Program-made: the position numbers and the translations under genes
Origin: Catajapyx aquilonaris
Taxonomy: Eukaryota
DNA: 35,463 nt
NCBI GenBank assembly: GCA_000934665.2
Contig: JYFJ02004027.1
Span: 1 to 35,463, forward strand
Reading direction: 5' to 3'
The notes under the pieces: model-generated
Told to the model about the DNA's origin: nothing
Database searches by the model: none
Seen by the model: only the letters and a program-made list of their open reading frames with translations
In this document: one piece after another, positions 22,828 through 35,463 of the stretch
Position numbering within the stretch: the stretch's first letter is position 1
How the letters are laid out: every line of letters begins with the position of its first letter

Positions 22828-25800
22828 TTCACCATTACTTTCTCAGAAGGGAAAAAACGGTGAAAAATGGTTGACAAAAGGAAGATCAGAGAACGTAAAA
22901 CGCAGTGTTGCTCGTCAGCCAGTGGTTGTTTTATTCAATCAGACTGCATGTACACTTCAGATTCGGATCCAGTGGCTGAATTGTACGTTGGGGGTATCTC
23001 GGACAGAACATCAGTATTTTACGAGTACCGTTCAACAAGGCTTGCTGAAGCGTCAAGTTGTAATAGAGATGACAGCAGCTGTGATAGTAACTGATAAACT
23101 GATAGGAATAATCTGTGTCAGGTGCTTAAAGCGGCACAGAGATATCATTTTTGCAGACACTTCCTTTTCCCAGGCTAGCTTCAGAAGACTTCTAATTTTA
23201 TTGAAATGTAATGCGAGATTCTGCAGCTTATGTTGCAAACCTATTTTGTTAACTGGCTGGCCGTCTTTTTCATCGCGGACTATCTCTTTCAAAGAAGTGT
23301 TTTGATTTATTGGTGCTGTTCCGTGTTTGGACCTACAAGCGATAACGAACAGACGGTCTCCAAAAGATATTTCCCCATCAAATATGCAAAAATGGTATTC
23401 TGATTGCATCCGAGAGTGTCAATATTCTCTCCAGAGGCTGACGTCTCCAGAAATCCTTTTCCCCCCCAATATAGTTTCTAAACAATGGAAAGTACGTGCT
23501 TTTCAACAGCATCAGCAGACATCCCAGAACGATACTTTAACCGAAAATCCTTTTATTCTTCCGTAACAAGCAACGGAAGCGCGGATCTGGAAAAGTAGGG
23601 TGTTTCTTCTCGTAGATCCTTTCAATATAACCTTGGAATTGGGTGTGGGCAATTTCCCAGGAAAGAAAACAAGTTTTAAACTCCTTTCCAATCCCAAAGG
23701 CCCTCTACCCATCTGCCTGCGAAATCTGCCGGCGAATAAAATTTCGCGGACCTGTGAATGGGAGGCCTCGGCATGCTCTTCAACCTCGACATTCAACCCG
23801 TTTCAAAGCGAAAAGATTTTCCTCCGAATATATACTCCGCTCCTATTCAGAGTAACTTCTTTTTTTTCCCCCTCATTCCCTGATTTCCCCCAGATTTACG
23901 CTCGGTGGAGGATTTTGCCAATAATAGTCTGGGTCTCATCAGCCGTAAGCTTGGTATTCGTCTCATTTTGTGTCTCTGCTTGTTGCACAAAGTTCGCCCA
24001 ATATAGTCAAATTGCACGAGTATATTCAGTTACGCGTCCGACAATAAACAGAACCGAGGAACTACTGCACACACACACTTACAAAGGCTTACAGATCCAG
24101 GCTCAAAGTTTGGCTTCTCACAATCACCTGAAATGAGCAACTCAAACTTTGGCTTCAACTTTGATTTCGGGAATGGAAATTCATCGCGGTGTTGCCTCAG
24201 GTCACCTCCACTACAATGGATTGGAACTCACTGTTTGTCCAACCACACAATAACATCGTTCATTACTTGCTCATTACTCATTTATTGTGTAAGGGAGTAG
24301 CAGGCCATGTCCGTGGCACTTTATTTATTTAAGTTGCATGCTCCCCACGACACATGCTTCCAATGTCACCTGTAACAACAACACCTTGACCTAGTTGCAT
24401 TCGGCAGGTAAGACCACATTGACCGAGTTACATTATTTGTAAATTAAGAAGTGGCACTACTGGCTGTCATGTGACATTAGCCACTAGCCGACGCTGAGAA
24501 ATGTATGGCAAGGAAATCCTTAAAAATTTGGAGGGTCCTGGCAAGCTGAGCCGAAAAGGGGCCCCTGTATCTATTAATATTTATCGAGAAGACCCATGCT
24601 GCGGATGACAAGGGTGTGAACGTGACAGGGATCGATGCAAACGCCTCTTTTATGCATGAGAGGTCGTAAAGTCCAACGGGTCAGGCTCTACGCTCATTAG
24701 TGTCCTCAGACATACGGCACATCACCTACTCTTTCACACAGTACCAGCCAGTTGTGCAGGCCTAACTCGCTTTAAGTTTGCTCGGAATTCAACAACAGCA
24801 GTGAAAATTGCGCAGTTCTAGGCGAGATTCACACACAAGCCCTAGGATTAACATCGGAGGTGGCGAGAGTTTATCCTAAATACCCGCCACGAAGCATAAA
24901 GCATGTTTTCCTGGAAGGCTCAGTGCCACAATTACAGGTGTGCAACAATAGAATAAATCAGAAGCTTCCTCCTTTTATAGCATTTACTATATTTAACCAC
25001 GGTGAGGAACAAAATTCATTGCCCTGAGTATAACATGTGGCAATGTCCTTCGTATACGTAATTAGTTGGATCGAATGTCATCAAGAGACGCAACTCCCCA
25101 CTTTGCATCATTAAATTTGATGCAATATTACATTTGCAATATACTGTAGTAACTGAAACTCTGCCTCGCCCTCCATAAAAGTGGGGACGTAATATGCAAC
25201 ATTGTTAGAGGCGGTGTATTTTCGTGGAAGCCTTTGGTACAAGGCCCCGAGAAACATTTTCCAACTGTTCGGCCATTTTGTACAGTAATTTTTAAATTGC
25301 CATTACTCCAGTTGGTTCCCGGTGAGTTTGTACGCCAGACCAACTTGGTGTCCAATCTCTACTCCTTTAACAATAAGTCAACCCAATTTCTTGCTCGTGG
25401 ACACAGTGCACGCATTTCCTCTTTGCTATCACTCAACCCCCTCCGGAACTGACCTACGACCATTACGATGATTACAAGCGGTTATACCCTCGCATTACTG
25501 CACACACCAAATGTTGATTCGAGGCAAACAATTACCTGTACTGCACTTGACATGCCTAAAGTGGGAAAAATGTACGTTTTTCATGCCAGCAAAAAAGTTG
25601 TGAAATAATACACAACTTGTCATGTTCTTCCATTACCTACCCCAGTTTTAGACTTAATCGAAATTATGTTTCAAAAAATTAACTTTTTGTTACATGGTAA
25701 TTTTCCATCTCAATTTTCAACAGATAATAATCACATCACAATCATAATATATACCGGTACCAGTACTATTTATTTCTCTAAGATATATCATACGACTAAT

Positions 25801-26680
25801 TCCCTAATTCTGTAGGCTACTGATTATATGTCCATCAACACTCATCGCTTATAGGTAGTAGTTACCATATAATTATTTCACTCTGCACATTCACCAATTA
25901 AGGGGCATAGATAGGGTATGGGACCCACTTCAATGGAGGCGAGAAACGTGCTGGTTGTAGCACCCTGGTGGGCTTTGTCCGCACGGTGACTCATCAACAA
26001 CGTGCATGTAGTACTACTCTCCCCCGGAGAGCGGCAGAAGTGTGCAGAGGGAAAGTCTTTGCGCCAACTGATGGTACTATCGTACCACATCCAAGTGGAG
26101 GTAGGTGGGCCAAGTAGTGTTGGCAAAATTTGGCAAAGAGTCCGCTACTAGTTACGGAGAATTGACAGCTGCAAACATGCACTAGTTCGTGGAATTGCAT
26201 TTTTTTTCCTGTTTTGTGATAAGCTACGGTACCTTCCGCAAAAGTCATGCCGCGGGATAAAATCTCACGTGGTACTGTACAGTAGGCCTACTCATTCTTT
26301 ACACTAAAATAAGTGCATTTTCGCACGAGATTTAAATGACGTTATGTGCAACGCCCGTTTGATTTGCTTCGGATGATATGCAAAAGATTTTATTTTATTT
26401 GAATTTTTTTTTGACATAATTATACTGCAACATAGTCCAACTCCATATAAACTAGCTTCTGCTGTTCGATGTACTGTACAATGTTTTACTTCATTTTCGA
26501 TATCTGGACTTAACACTTTAATGGGAAAACTTAGAAAGAACATTAGTAAAATTCTGGAATTTGGGTTTCTCAACTAAAATAATTTGTATGATTTGCTGCA
26601 ATCAATGAATTTCGTTTTTATTGTTGCCTTCCATGTCAAGGGTCAAGGGTCAACAGTACACTTGGTGATAAAAGCATTAT

Positions 26681-27038
26681 ATTTTGTAGGAATGTCCTTG
26701 GGACCATACTATTCAAATTCAGATTTGGCGCCACGCCCGATTTCGCCCCGGAGGCCCGTAATTACGGGTTGCCTATACCCTTCAGCGAGTGAAGTCTTTT
26801 TAAAGTCGCTGCAGCACCGGAAATACGGACCGTACGTGGAAAAGGTACCTATACATTTTTGTAGAATACATGTTTCTCTACAACCTTTGTTTGGCACATA
26901 TCCTCCTGAGAAGCATAGTTCACTCAGAAAAATGCTTTTCACTCGATTCAAGGTAGCCAAACAGCCTCCGGGGCGAAAACGGGGGTGGCGCCATATCTGG
27001 ATTTGAAGAGTATGGTCCCAAGGACATTTGTACCAAAT
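26681..27038. mobile_element. Foldback / non-autonomous transposon-like element with 75-bp inverted arms
   Basis: 26681-26755 matches the reverse complement of 26964-27038 at 67/75 positions. Weaker complementarity continues inward (cgagtgaa/ttcactcg; ttgtaga/tctacaa at the centre). Confidence 0.75.
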
Positions 27039-30000
27039 TTAGTCTCTCCAAACCATGTTACGGCAATAAAAACAATAATTTTTCTTAGCGGCGGCGCGCC
27101 AACATTTTTCGTAGCAGCCACCATGTTGGATTCTTTTTTTCCCTCCACGGTGCAGGCTTTTCCCAACAGACGGCGAAGTACACTTATAAGTTACTAGAGG
27201 TTGTATCCCAGAATATACACAATCCATTTTCGCGCACTTTATTCTCTCTGGCGGGCCCGTTTAAAATGTTGCAAATTAAAGGGTTAGGCACGGCGCAAAA
27301 AAGTACTTCTCCAAAATGCATCTTTCAGCATTTTGTTCTCTGAAAAATTCATTCAAATGGTACTGAAGTTTTACGTACCACACTGAACACATTTCCGTTG
27401 TGTGAGACAGACATACATGGTAAATTCTGTGTCGGAACCAAATGAAAGTTTCGTAATGGGCATCATTTTACAACTGGATGCAACAGGGCTTGTAATACTG
27501 CAATTTCTTCTTAAAATTGTACATGATTGTCTCTCCGTGTATGTATACAAAACATAATTACTCAAAATAAGTTACCTATAGCCAAACAAATTGCAGTTAC
27601 TTCATGGAATTTCTCCTCATATAAGTCAGTGGATTAAATGAAATAATTAGAGAATTTTCATTTTGTTTCACAACTTTGAGGTTAATCAACTGAAACAATC
27701 CCCATTTCAGGAATTAATGAAAAATATACTCCTTGTGAGTATGTTTTAACAACGTGTTTTGCAAGTGTAGCAAAAACGTCAAACATTTCTAGCCTACATC
27801 TCCCATACCTTCCCCTAAAACCTAGGAGTGACTCTTAGGTCAAGGAACTCGTCCATGGACATCACTCCTCTCGTAAAAAAATGACTTGTCACTTCGTCCC
27901 TTATTTTACTATCGAGGGCCCCAGAAAGTGCGCCTCTCTCTGCATGCTGTCCCACCAAGTCCTTCCGGAAATGTCCAGAAGGCTCGCAAAAGACAGATGA
28001 AGCCCTGCTGTGTATAACCCCATTCTGCGCCACAAGCAGCCAAGATATGTATTATAGAGTAAGTCGGGTCCCCTGTTCTCTCAACACACCCTTTTCACCG
28101 TCCCTCTCCAGAAAATGCTCCATTCCTAAGCAGAAAATGCCCAGGCCACCATATCATTCATTATTTCCAACCCAGGGCCTCACATCGCACCTATATTTGG
28201 CGCCGTCTACAGCCCTTCACCATCTTTACATCTCTTTTACCCAACACTTTGACCTCAAACGAACTTATATCCTGTCAATGACCTCCACCTTCAAATATGC
28301 ATTATTTTGCGAGTTAAATGATCAGTACTTGTTTTTGCTAATGATGCAATATTCCTTCCTAAACTTTTTGAAGATGGCCTCTTTGTTGGCATAATAGGTG
28401 CATGACAACTGAAAACATAATCCAATTACCTTGACAGTGAAACTTCAACAAACGACCCTGACCTGGCAATCTAGAGCCTCGCGCACAATGGAGAATTGAT
28501 CTCGAATTAGCCGCCTTATCGGGAAACGTTAATTTCCCTTCAAGTAGTCACCTGAAAAACCGCGTTGGCTTCCAGATTACATCATTGTTTCCGAAGCATT
28601 AACACTCCAACAATCTGATCTGCATGCCACCTTTGCAGTCTACACTATTCAACACCGAATAACGAGCCCTTCTCCGCCCTTATACACCCCGCTGTGAGAT
28701 CCAATATCGCAATTTCCAATGCCATTCATCGCCGTAACCACCAAATAAAATTACAAATCTCCAAGCTAATAACAGCTCATTACGTAATGTGTAATTAAGG
28801 AAGCTGACACTACAAAACAAGATTTGGTAAAAATTCTGACAGGATATGGCATCAAAAAAAAAATGTCTATATTTGGACTGATGGTGCTCGAATTACGCGA
28901 GTGAAATGATGTAACATTACACCCTCCTTCCCTTATTGCCTTAGCCTGGGTTTTCAAGCAGATGAACTATAGGCGGTATTGAGTAAACAAGTGAAGGGCA
29001 AAGCCAGGAAACGTCGATAGGTATCGAGAGTGAAGAAGTCTGATGTTGCCTTAAGCTGAAGGATAACACTTTCAAGTGCAGCTGAAAATCACTTCACCAT
29101 TCGACGCCGATGGAAAAGCTTGAAAATCGGACATGAAAAATGCCGATCTATAGTATCAATCTAGTTTCTAGAAAATTGAATGTTCCAACCCAGCTGTATA
29201 AACGCAAATAAATGGCAAATCACTCATTACATATCTCGAGTTGCTACATTGCAATGTGTCTGTTTCATGCAAAAGAAACATATTCGTTGCAAAACTATAT
29301 GTACGTATAGCATATAGGGTGTAGCCACAATCGAGCTCCCAGTTGGGTTAGCCTGCTGTATATTTTGGATCCTGATGGGCGGTGTCGGGTGTCCAGTTGT
29401 GGACTAGCAGCCTCCTGCATAATTCAAGTCAACCTTCCTTCGGAATCGATTTGTCAAGGGAAGAAATTGATAGTTCTGATCCGGAAAAGCACGTTCGACG
29501 ACTGGGATCTGCGTGCATGTTGGAGGCTTGTCCCTTTCCGAGTGCATCATGGCCACTGAATGCAGTTCACATGATTTACATGCTCCAAAGATTTCAAAAC
29601 CAGGAAAACTGGGAAATATCGCGACATTGTGTTGTGTTGCGTGGGGCTTATGTATCAGCCATTGTTAATGAATCAGCAGGCAGTACAAATATGTAGTGAA
29701 ATAATTAAAGAAACATTACGGGATCGTGCCAGTGATGGCGTCCACATGAATATTGCAACTTCCTGATACAAATCAGCGTCACGGTCCTGCCCTTCACCTG
29801 AAAAAAAAATATTAAATACCGTGGCATTTTCCTGCTGCACGTCATTCCGAGTTACTTGAACGTGGCTTTTGCAAGAGGTTTGACCAGAAAGCAACGTGGA
29901 ACAATTCTGAACAAGGATGGAAGGGATGCCAATAAATCGATGTGGGATAGAGAAGCGGTCAGTGGCGATTATGGTGGTTTATCCACCTGCAAAGTCCAAA

Positions 30001-33000
30001 CATGAGGATGTCCTGCATGGGCAAATCAATGTGAACCAAAAGGACGTTGACCTGGATTTGTCAACTTCAGGAGTGGAATACCTTTCCAAGAATGATGAGG
30101 AGGGTTTTTAAAAAAATTGTGCACCGCAATGCCGAAAAACCCACCATAAACATTTTTACTAGAATATTGCCTAGGCGACTCCATAAATAACTAGCAATAA
30201 ATAGATGTAACTATGACGCGTGTCCAAGTACCATAAACCAACAAATGAGTCCCGCCATCCTCAAGAATAATAAAATCAAGTAAACACTAATAGCAACTCC
30301 GATCATTTCAGTCTATAACATCACGCAATATTTTCCTACCATGCATGAATAGATAAGCTTTACAACATTCACTGTATGTAGTCAAGCCTCTCGAAAATGC
30401 TCCCTGTATCCAAGCACACATTTACAGCAGTAAAGACCTGACCCCAGGGCCACTTGGAATCCCCACAGATGGCCAGTGGAGACCCCCATAGCGGTCTAAT
30501 GGTCTATTTTGAAGCTCAGGTGCAGTTATTGTGCGACTATCCTTGCTTATAACTGGACTCTGCTGGCCACTAAAATGGGGCTCACAAGTATCCTTTTCTC
30601 GCGAAGGTAAAGCGACTCGACCGCCAATTTTTGGCGGGGTGCTGGTTAAGCTGCTTATTCTTGTGTCGCATTCATGTCCTGCTCTGTTGTACTCCGACCA
30701 CAAAGACGCCATGACTTATGCATGCTCCTGACCTGTACTTTACTCCCTGATATCCTTTAACTCTGCCTAGATTTCGGGTCTGACTTATTCATACGGTCCC
30801 AACAAGTCCAAAGCCACATTGTGCCACAAACTGCCAGAAAATATAGGATATCGTTGCTACATTTTGCATTATAAGTAACAACTGCTACAATCCAAATTTC
30901 TCCTCCAGTAATTAATTAACGGGTAATGCATCTCATCCATTGGGGTCATGAACATTTTCATTACCTTAATGCATGGGAGGAGCACAATGTTCCACCCTCT
31001 TGTTCCCTTAAAATACTGACCTATCCTTGTGCTCAAAGGCATATGTGGGGGACTCACATAAGAGAAGCATCATTGATTCCCTATTGTGCTTGAATGGCAG
31101 ATGAGGTGGCACGTTGGGGCCAAGCCACAAGGAAATCAATGTCATGTCAGTGTCGTAACGCATGCACAATATAGTGGCCGTTTTCCACCGCTTTTCTTAC
31201 GTAAGATGCGGAGAAACAATGTCAACTTGAGCCCAACCCCATCGCGTGACTGCATAGAATCATGCTGCCGCGCCAATGTATAAAGGGGGTCTCAGAAGTT
31301 TGCCGCCACACAAACTTCTGGATAGCACAATAAGTGAATGGTGGACACAAGCAAGTGCCATGGAGCACTGGAATTTAGTTTGATATAATTTCCTTGCCAA
31401 GTACTGCTAGCACGAAAAAATGACACATTCAACCGATACGACACTATATAACACCAGAAATTCTAGGATTGGCAAATTATTCCCAAAGAGAAGTATCATA
31501 TTAAACGGTAGATAATAATAATTATCCACGTGATTCAAAATTACGGCGGCCATAAATTGGTTTTGTGAAGTGAGCGGTAAACGACACTGCACATGTAGGC
31601 CGTGGATGATTAAAAGGGTTGGCATTGACATTATCGAAGTTTGGATCGGTTCTATATGTTGCAAGGACTTTTTGGTCCTCACGGGTATGACGGAAGTCCT
31701 AAAGCATCAAATTAAAAAGACAGCTCTAAAAGTAGAGCGAAGAAGCCTCGTACGTAGAGTAAGGTAATTGACCACTACCTTTTCATGTCATTGATGCACA
31801 TACAGTACGAGTCATTGTTTCTCTGGTGTAACACGAACTGCAAAAAAAATATCGAAGTCTTTTCATACAGTCTTTCATTACTAAGAAACTTCGGGCAACA
31901 TCCTACCAACATTGTCCTCGTTTTTACAATAACAGGTGACCTTTGGGGGAGGTCTTTACTTATCAATGGCGAGAAAATCAATGGTCGCACGCACATATCC
32001 GCACAAAAGTAAGCTTACTAATTAAGCAAAAAAACAACAACATGAATTTATGGTGGTCTACCATTATGCATGCGATCGACCTTGTCGTAATACAAAGAAA
32101 CATAATCCACTTACCTTGGCCCTGACGTCTTAATACTTCCGCCCTGATAATGCACCCAGGCACACAGACCGGCATTGATATTGCATTAGCTAGTCGATTA
32201 AGAAATGTTAATTTCCCGCCTCCAGCACGCCCGAAGCAACACTTACTTCCTACTACTAGCAATCACTACTGTATACGCAAATAGCCTCATTAACACCACA
32301 AGTCTTACAGTATATAATGTAAACGACTCTAACAAGTTGTTACATTATGTAGCTAACATGAAGATCTCCATGTATGGCAAATCACTCATTTATTCAGGTC
32401 TACTCATCAGTATTCTTCGAAACACCTTTTAGCGTTATAGGATAAGCGGGAAAAGAAAACATCCGGAGCAAGATGCTTGCAGGGGGGAAAACTACATTCG
32501 GTACGACCCAGCACAAAAGTTGCTTCGACAATGCAAAAGAAAACCTCCCGACGTGTTTAGACCATTTCCGATATCGAAATCTCCTCGTTTGAACTACCTT
32601 GCTTTTTGTGTACACTGTCGAGTATTCCGGTAGCGACGGATACAAAATAAGCACGTCTCAACGAAAGAAGAGGATAGCTGACATTCATGGGTTTATTCCA
32701 AGAACCCTTCCTATGAACTAGCTCTTTTCTCGGCAGAGTCAACAACATGCGCCCAAGTTTATTTGTTCAAAAATGACTCGGCACGGATGTTAACCTTTGG
32801 GTGGGCATGTGGCCATGGCTATTGTCATATTGGCCACCGAAAGCCAACACATGCCCACGGCCCTTTGCGGCATTTAGTATACTGGCAGCTGGAGAAACAG
32901 GTCATAAGAGGAACCAAAATAAACCCCCGCCCAAAACCAAACTGTTGGCATGTGCTTGTCTACACACACATGACAACGCTAATTACTGCCTAGCGAACAC

Positions 33001-35367
33001 GTTTGCACCTGATATGCTAAATTGCCAAAAAAAAAATCCATCAGTCCGAATTCGCTTCGAATGACCAGATCGATCGAATCTGAATATTTATTCAACTCCT
33101 GGAGCGCGAACCTGTGGATTTTGGGGCTACACATCAGTGATTAATGAGTGATGAGGCAGGTAGAACTTCACTTTCAGAAAGATGGGGTGGACACACGAAG
33201 AACTTTCAGAGAGAGTGAAATCAAGAGCAATATTTGCACTGGGACTCCCTACCTGCTGAGTGCACACCGGTCTCCTGCAGATGCACTAATAACTTTACTT
33301 TGTCTCTCCATCATTTTCCGGTCCTCCAAGTACAATATTTCTCCAGAAGAAAATCAACACCCGCTGAAAAATCGATCTTTATCCGTAGATGAAAGGATCC
33401 GCTATAAATGAAGGAGGCCTCACCTGTCCTTCCAAGCAGCAATTTTCTCTCTAATACGAATCGACGTAGAAAATAGCGCCCCTGGATATTACTTGTACGT
33501 CGTGTGATTTGTCTTCTAGAGATTCGCTCTTTGCGGTACAGTGTGCAAATGGCCAGGTCTACCTGATATAAACCTATGTAGTACAGGGTGGTTCGCTATC
33601 CAACATCTCATAGTTTCATCTATAGCATACACGCCAGTTAGTGTAGAGCGCGCAGGACCTTGAACAGAGGTTAGATTGTGCAAGGAAAATCGCTGTTTAT
33701 TTACCTTCAAATTCCCGGGTGCTGCCTCCTTACGGGAAACCAAAAGCCAGGCCACAGTAGCAGTTTGCATTGTGTTGTCAGCCAGGATCGTTCTGCATTG
33801 TGCCATCAGAATCAGAATATCGTCAAGGTTAGTCTTAATAGTCGCTCTCTCAAAATCGTATGTGATCCGTATATAGAGGGCCCGTAACTCCTGTAATTAG
33901 AGGGGCAGGGTGATTACAAGGCGAACGTAGCACCCGCAAAAGCGCCACGTGCAAGCACTTTACAGGGCCCTAACACTTCCAAGCACTCGAATAGAATTCC
34001 ACGTCTTCTAGGCAATCACTTAACCGTTTTATACTGCAGCCAATTACCTCCACGCCGCTCTGCTTGAAACGTCGCACCCGCCGTTTGTCAACCAAATAGC
34101 TTACACGCCTCGTTCAATCACATCTGCCCATTATGTGCATTTTTAATACATTGATACACTTATAATAAAACACACAAAAAATTGGAAATGGAATCCGCTA
34201 TTTGCTTGCGATAGTAGTTCACAGTTCTCATTTCTGTCTGTCACTTTTCACCCTTTCCTCTCCATGCCCTGCTGTACGTATGTACCATGAGCTTCGTAAC
34301 CGTGTGTAAGTGGCGTGCAAGGCTGGTATTCTTGCAGGATATGGAACCAGATGAGCCTGACAGTTTGGAGTGGACTAGTAATGCATGTGCAGCGGGGAGC
34401 CCATATCAATTTACAATGGACCCAAGAGACCCCACTTAATGCGACAGACGCCTCCATTTTCACCAACTCATTATCGCAACTATAAAAAAAAAATGTTGAC
34501 GCACACTGAATGCTGATTCAAATGAGAGAGCAATTTCGTTAATTAATCCTCTTACCGAGGCCAACGGGACGATAGAATACTCAGCAATACAATAGGCAAT
34601 AGGCAGGCGTGGAACTGACAGATTTCCCCATTTCGCAGTAATCACTGCAGCTTTCAAGTCGAGTTGGCCAGTTATCGCACATAACAATGGCCTCCTTCAA
34701 CGTTCCCGGATACCAAAAATAATTTAAAACGTGTTTTAAATTCCTCGCTCGGAGCCAACGATTTAAACAGGTGATATTACATCTGACAAGCCAAATAGCG
34801 AGAAGGGGTACAGTAAAATTCTTCATCCGGACCAGCTTTCACGCTGAAAAGGAGGTCGGAAGCTCGTATTTTTAACATCTGCCAAGAAGAGCGATTGGCT
34901 TCGTCAAATTCGGGTGTGGATGTGTGGGGGGAGCAGGGAAAGTATATAACTCCAAAGCCAGTTTGCCTGTTAGTAAATCAGTGGACGTGGATGGGTGTTA
35001 GCAGCTTCCGTTTTCTAGTCTCAGCTTTTGTTATCTTCTCAAAATAGGAGTGCAACAAGTTGCGGATGGCGCGCATGTCTCGAAGGCAAGTTACAATCTT
35101 CGACTCAACGCGAGTTGTGATCTTTTGTTCAAGGCGTTTACAGAATCGGTGAATCACATCGTCTGACGTGAGTTCAGTACTCTCTACTATACGTGGTATA
35201 CCAATGAAGAATATACTCGTACGTCTGTTTATAGCTCGAGGGGTATAAACAGTTTCCAGTACAACACTGGGGTCCTTAGCTTATTCAGACTTTTCTCTCT
35301 CCTCACACTTCTGCAGGGTGTACGAATGATTGCTACTCATAATCAAAAATTTATTTTTTAAATTACA

Positions 35368-35463
35368 CTAGCAGGTTACCCGGCGTTGCCCGGGTATGTT
35401 GGGATGCTGTTAAAGGTACGGGTATATTTTTGGAAGTTTGCTTGTTTGTAAAATTTGCGTTCC
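35368..35463 (-). mobile_element. Helitron 3' terminus; the element runs off the right edge of the window
   Basis: Minus strand reads tacccgg-gcaacg-ccgggta-acctg-CTAG|T: a GC-rich hairpin (7-bp stem, 35377-35396) just upstream of terminal CTAG followed by T, the established Helitron 3' signature. Confidence 0.75.

Noticed and set aside
23600..24136. 178-aa plus ORF, and a minus-strand caaaATG exon candidate (23966-23900, MRRIPSLRLMRPRLLLAKSSTE)
   Set aside because: The plus ORF has a non-ATG start and random-looking composition; the minus candidate could not be extended into a supported gene.
25878..26248. Overlapping short ORFs in a GC-richer patch
   Set aside because: No recognisable domain; the best plus frame has an internal stop and no neighbouring exons.
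27815..28033. Protein-like 72-aa minus-strand ORF
   Set aside because: Isolated, non-ATG start, no splice context or family match that I can recognise.

Overview
Eukaryotic, probably arthropod, genomic DNA with many short (about 55-120 bp) GT-AG introns; nothing here looks prokaryotic. The first 17 kb holds: (1) the last two coding exons of a single-pass membrane protein with an FNDC4/FNDC5 (irisin-precursor)-like C-terminal region; (2) two complete, tandem, divergent 8-exon paralogues (about 525 and 533 aa) with identical intron phases, encoding LRR proteins with an N-terminal BC-box/Cul2-box-like motif and a shared four-cysteine cluster; (3) on the minus strand, two decayed segments that appear to be homologous copies of a gene I cannot assign to a family, one apparently spliced and one without those introns. 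The remaining 18 kb has no convincing coding sequence. It contains a 358-bp foldback element, an isolated 75-nt hairpin and a Helitron 3' terminus at the right edge. TACAGTA/TACTGTA motifs, resembling Tc1/mariner excision footprints, recur across the window. All gene models, alignments and counts were made by eye; no database search was run.
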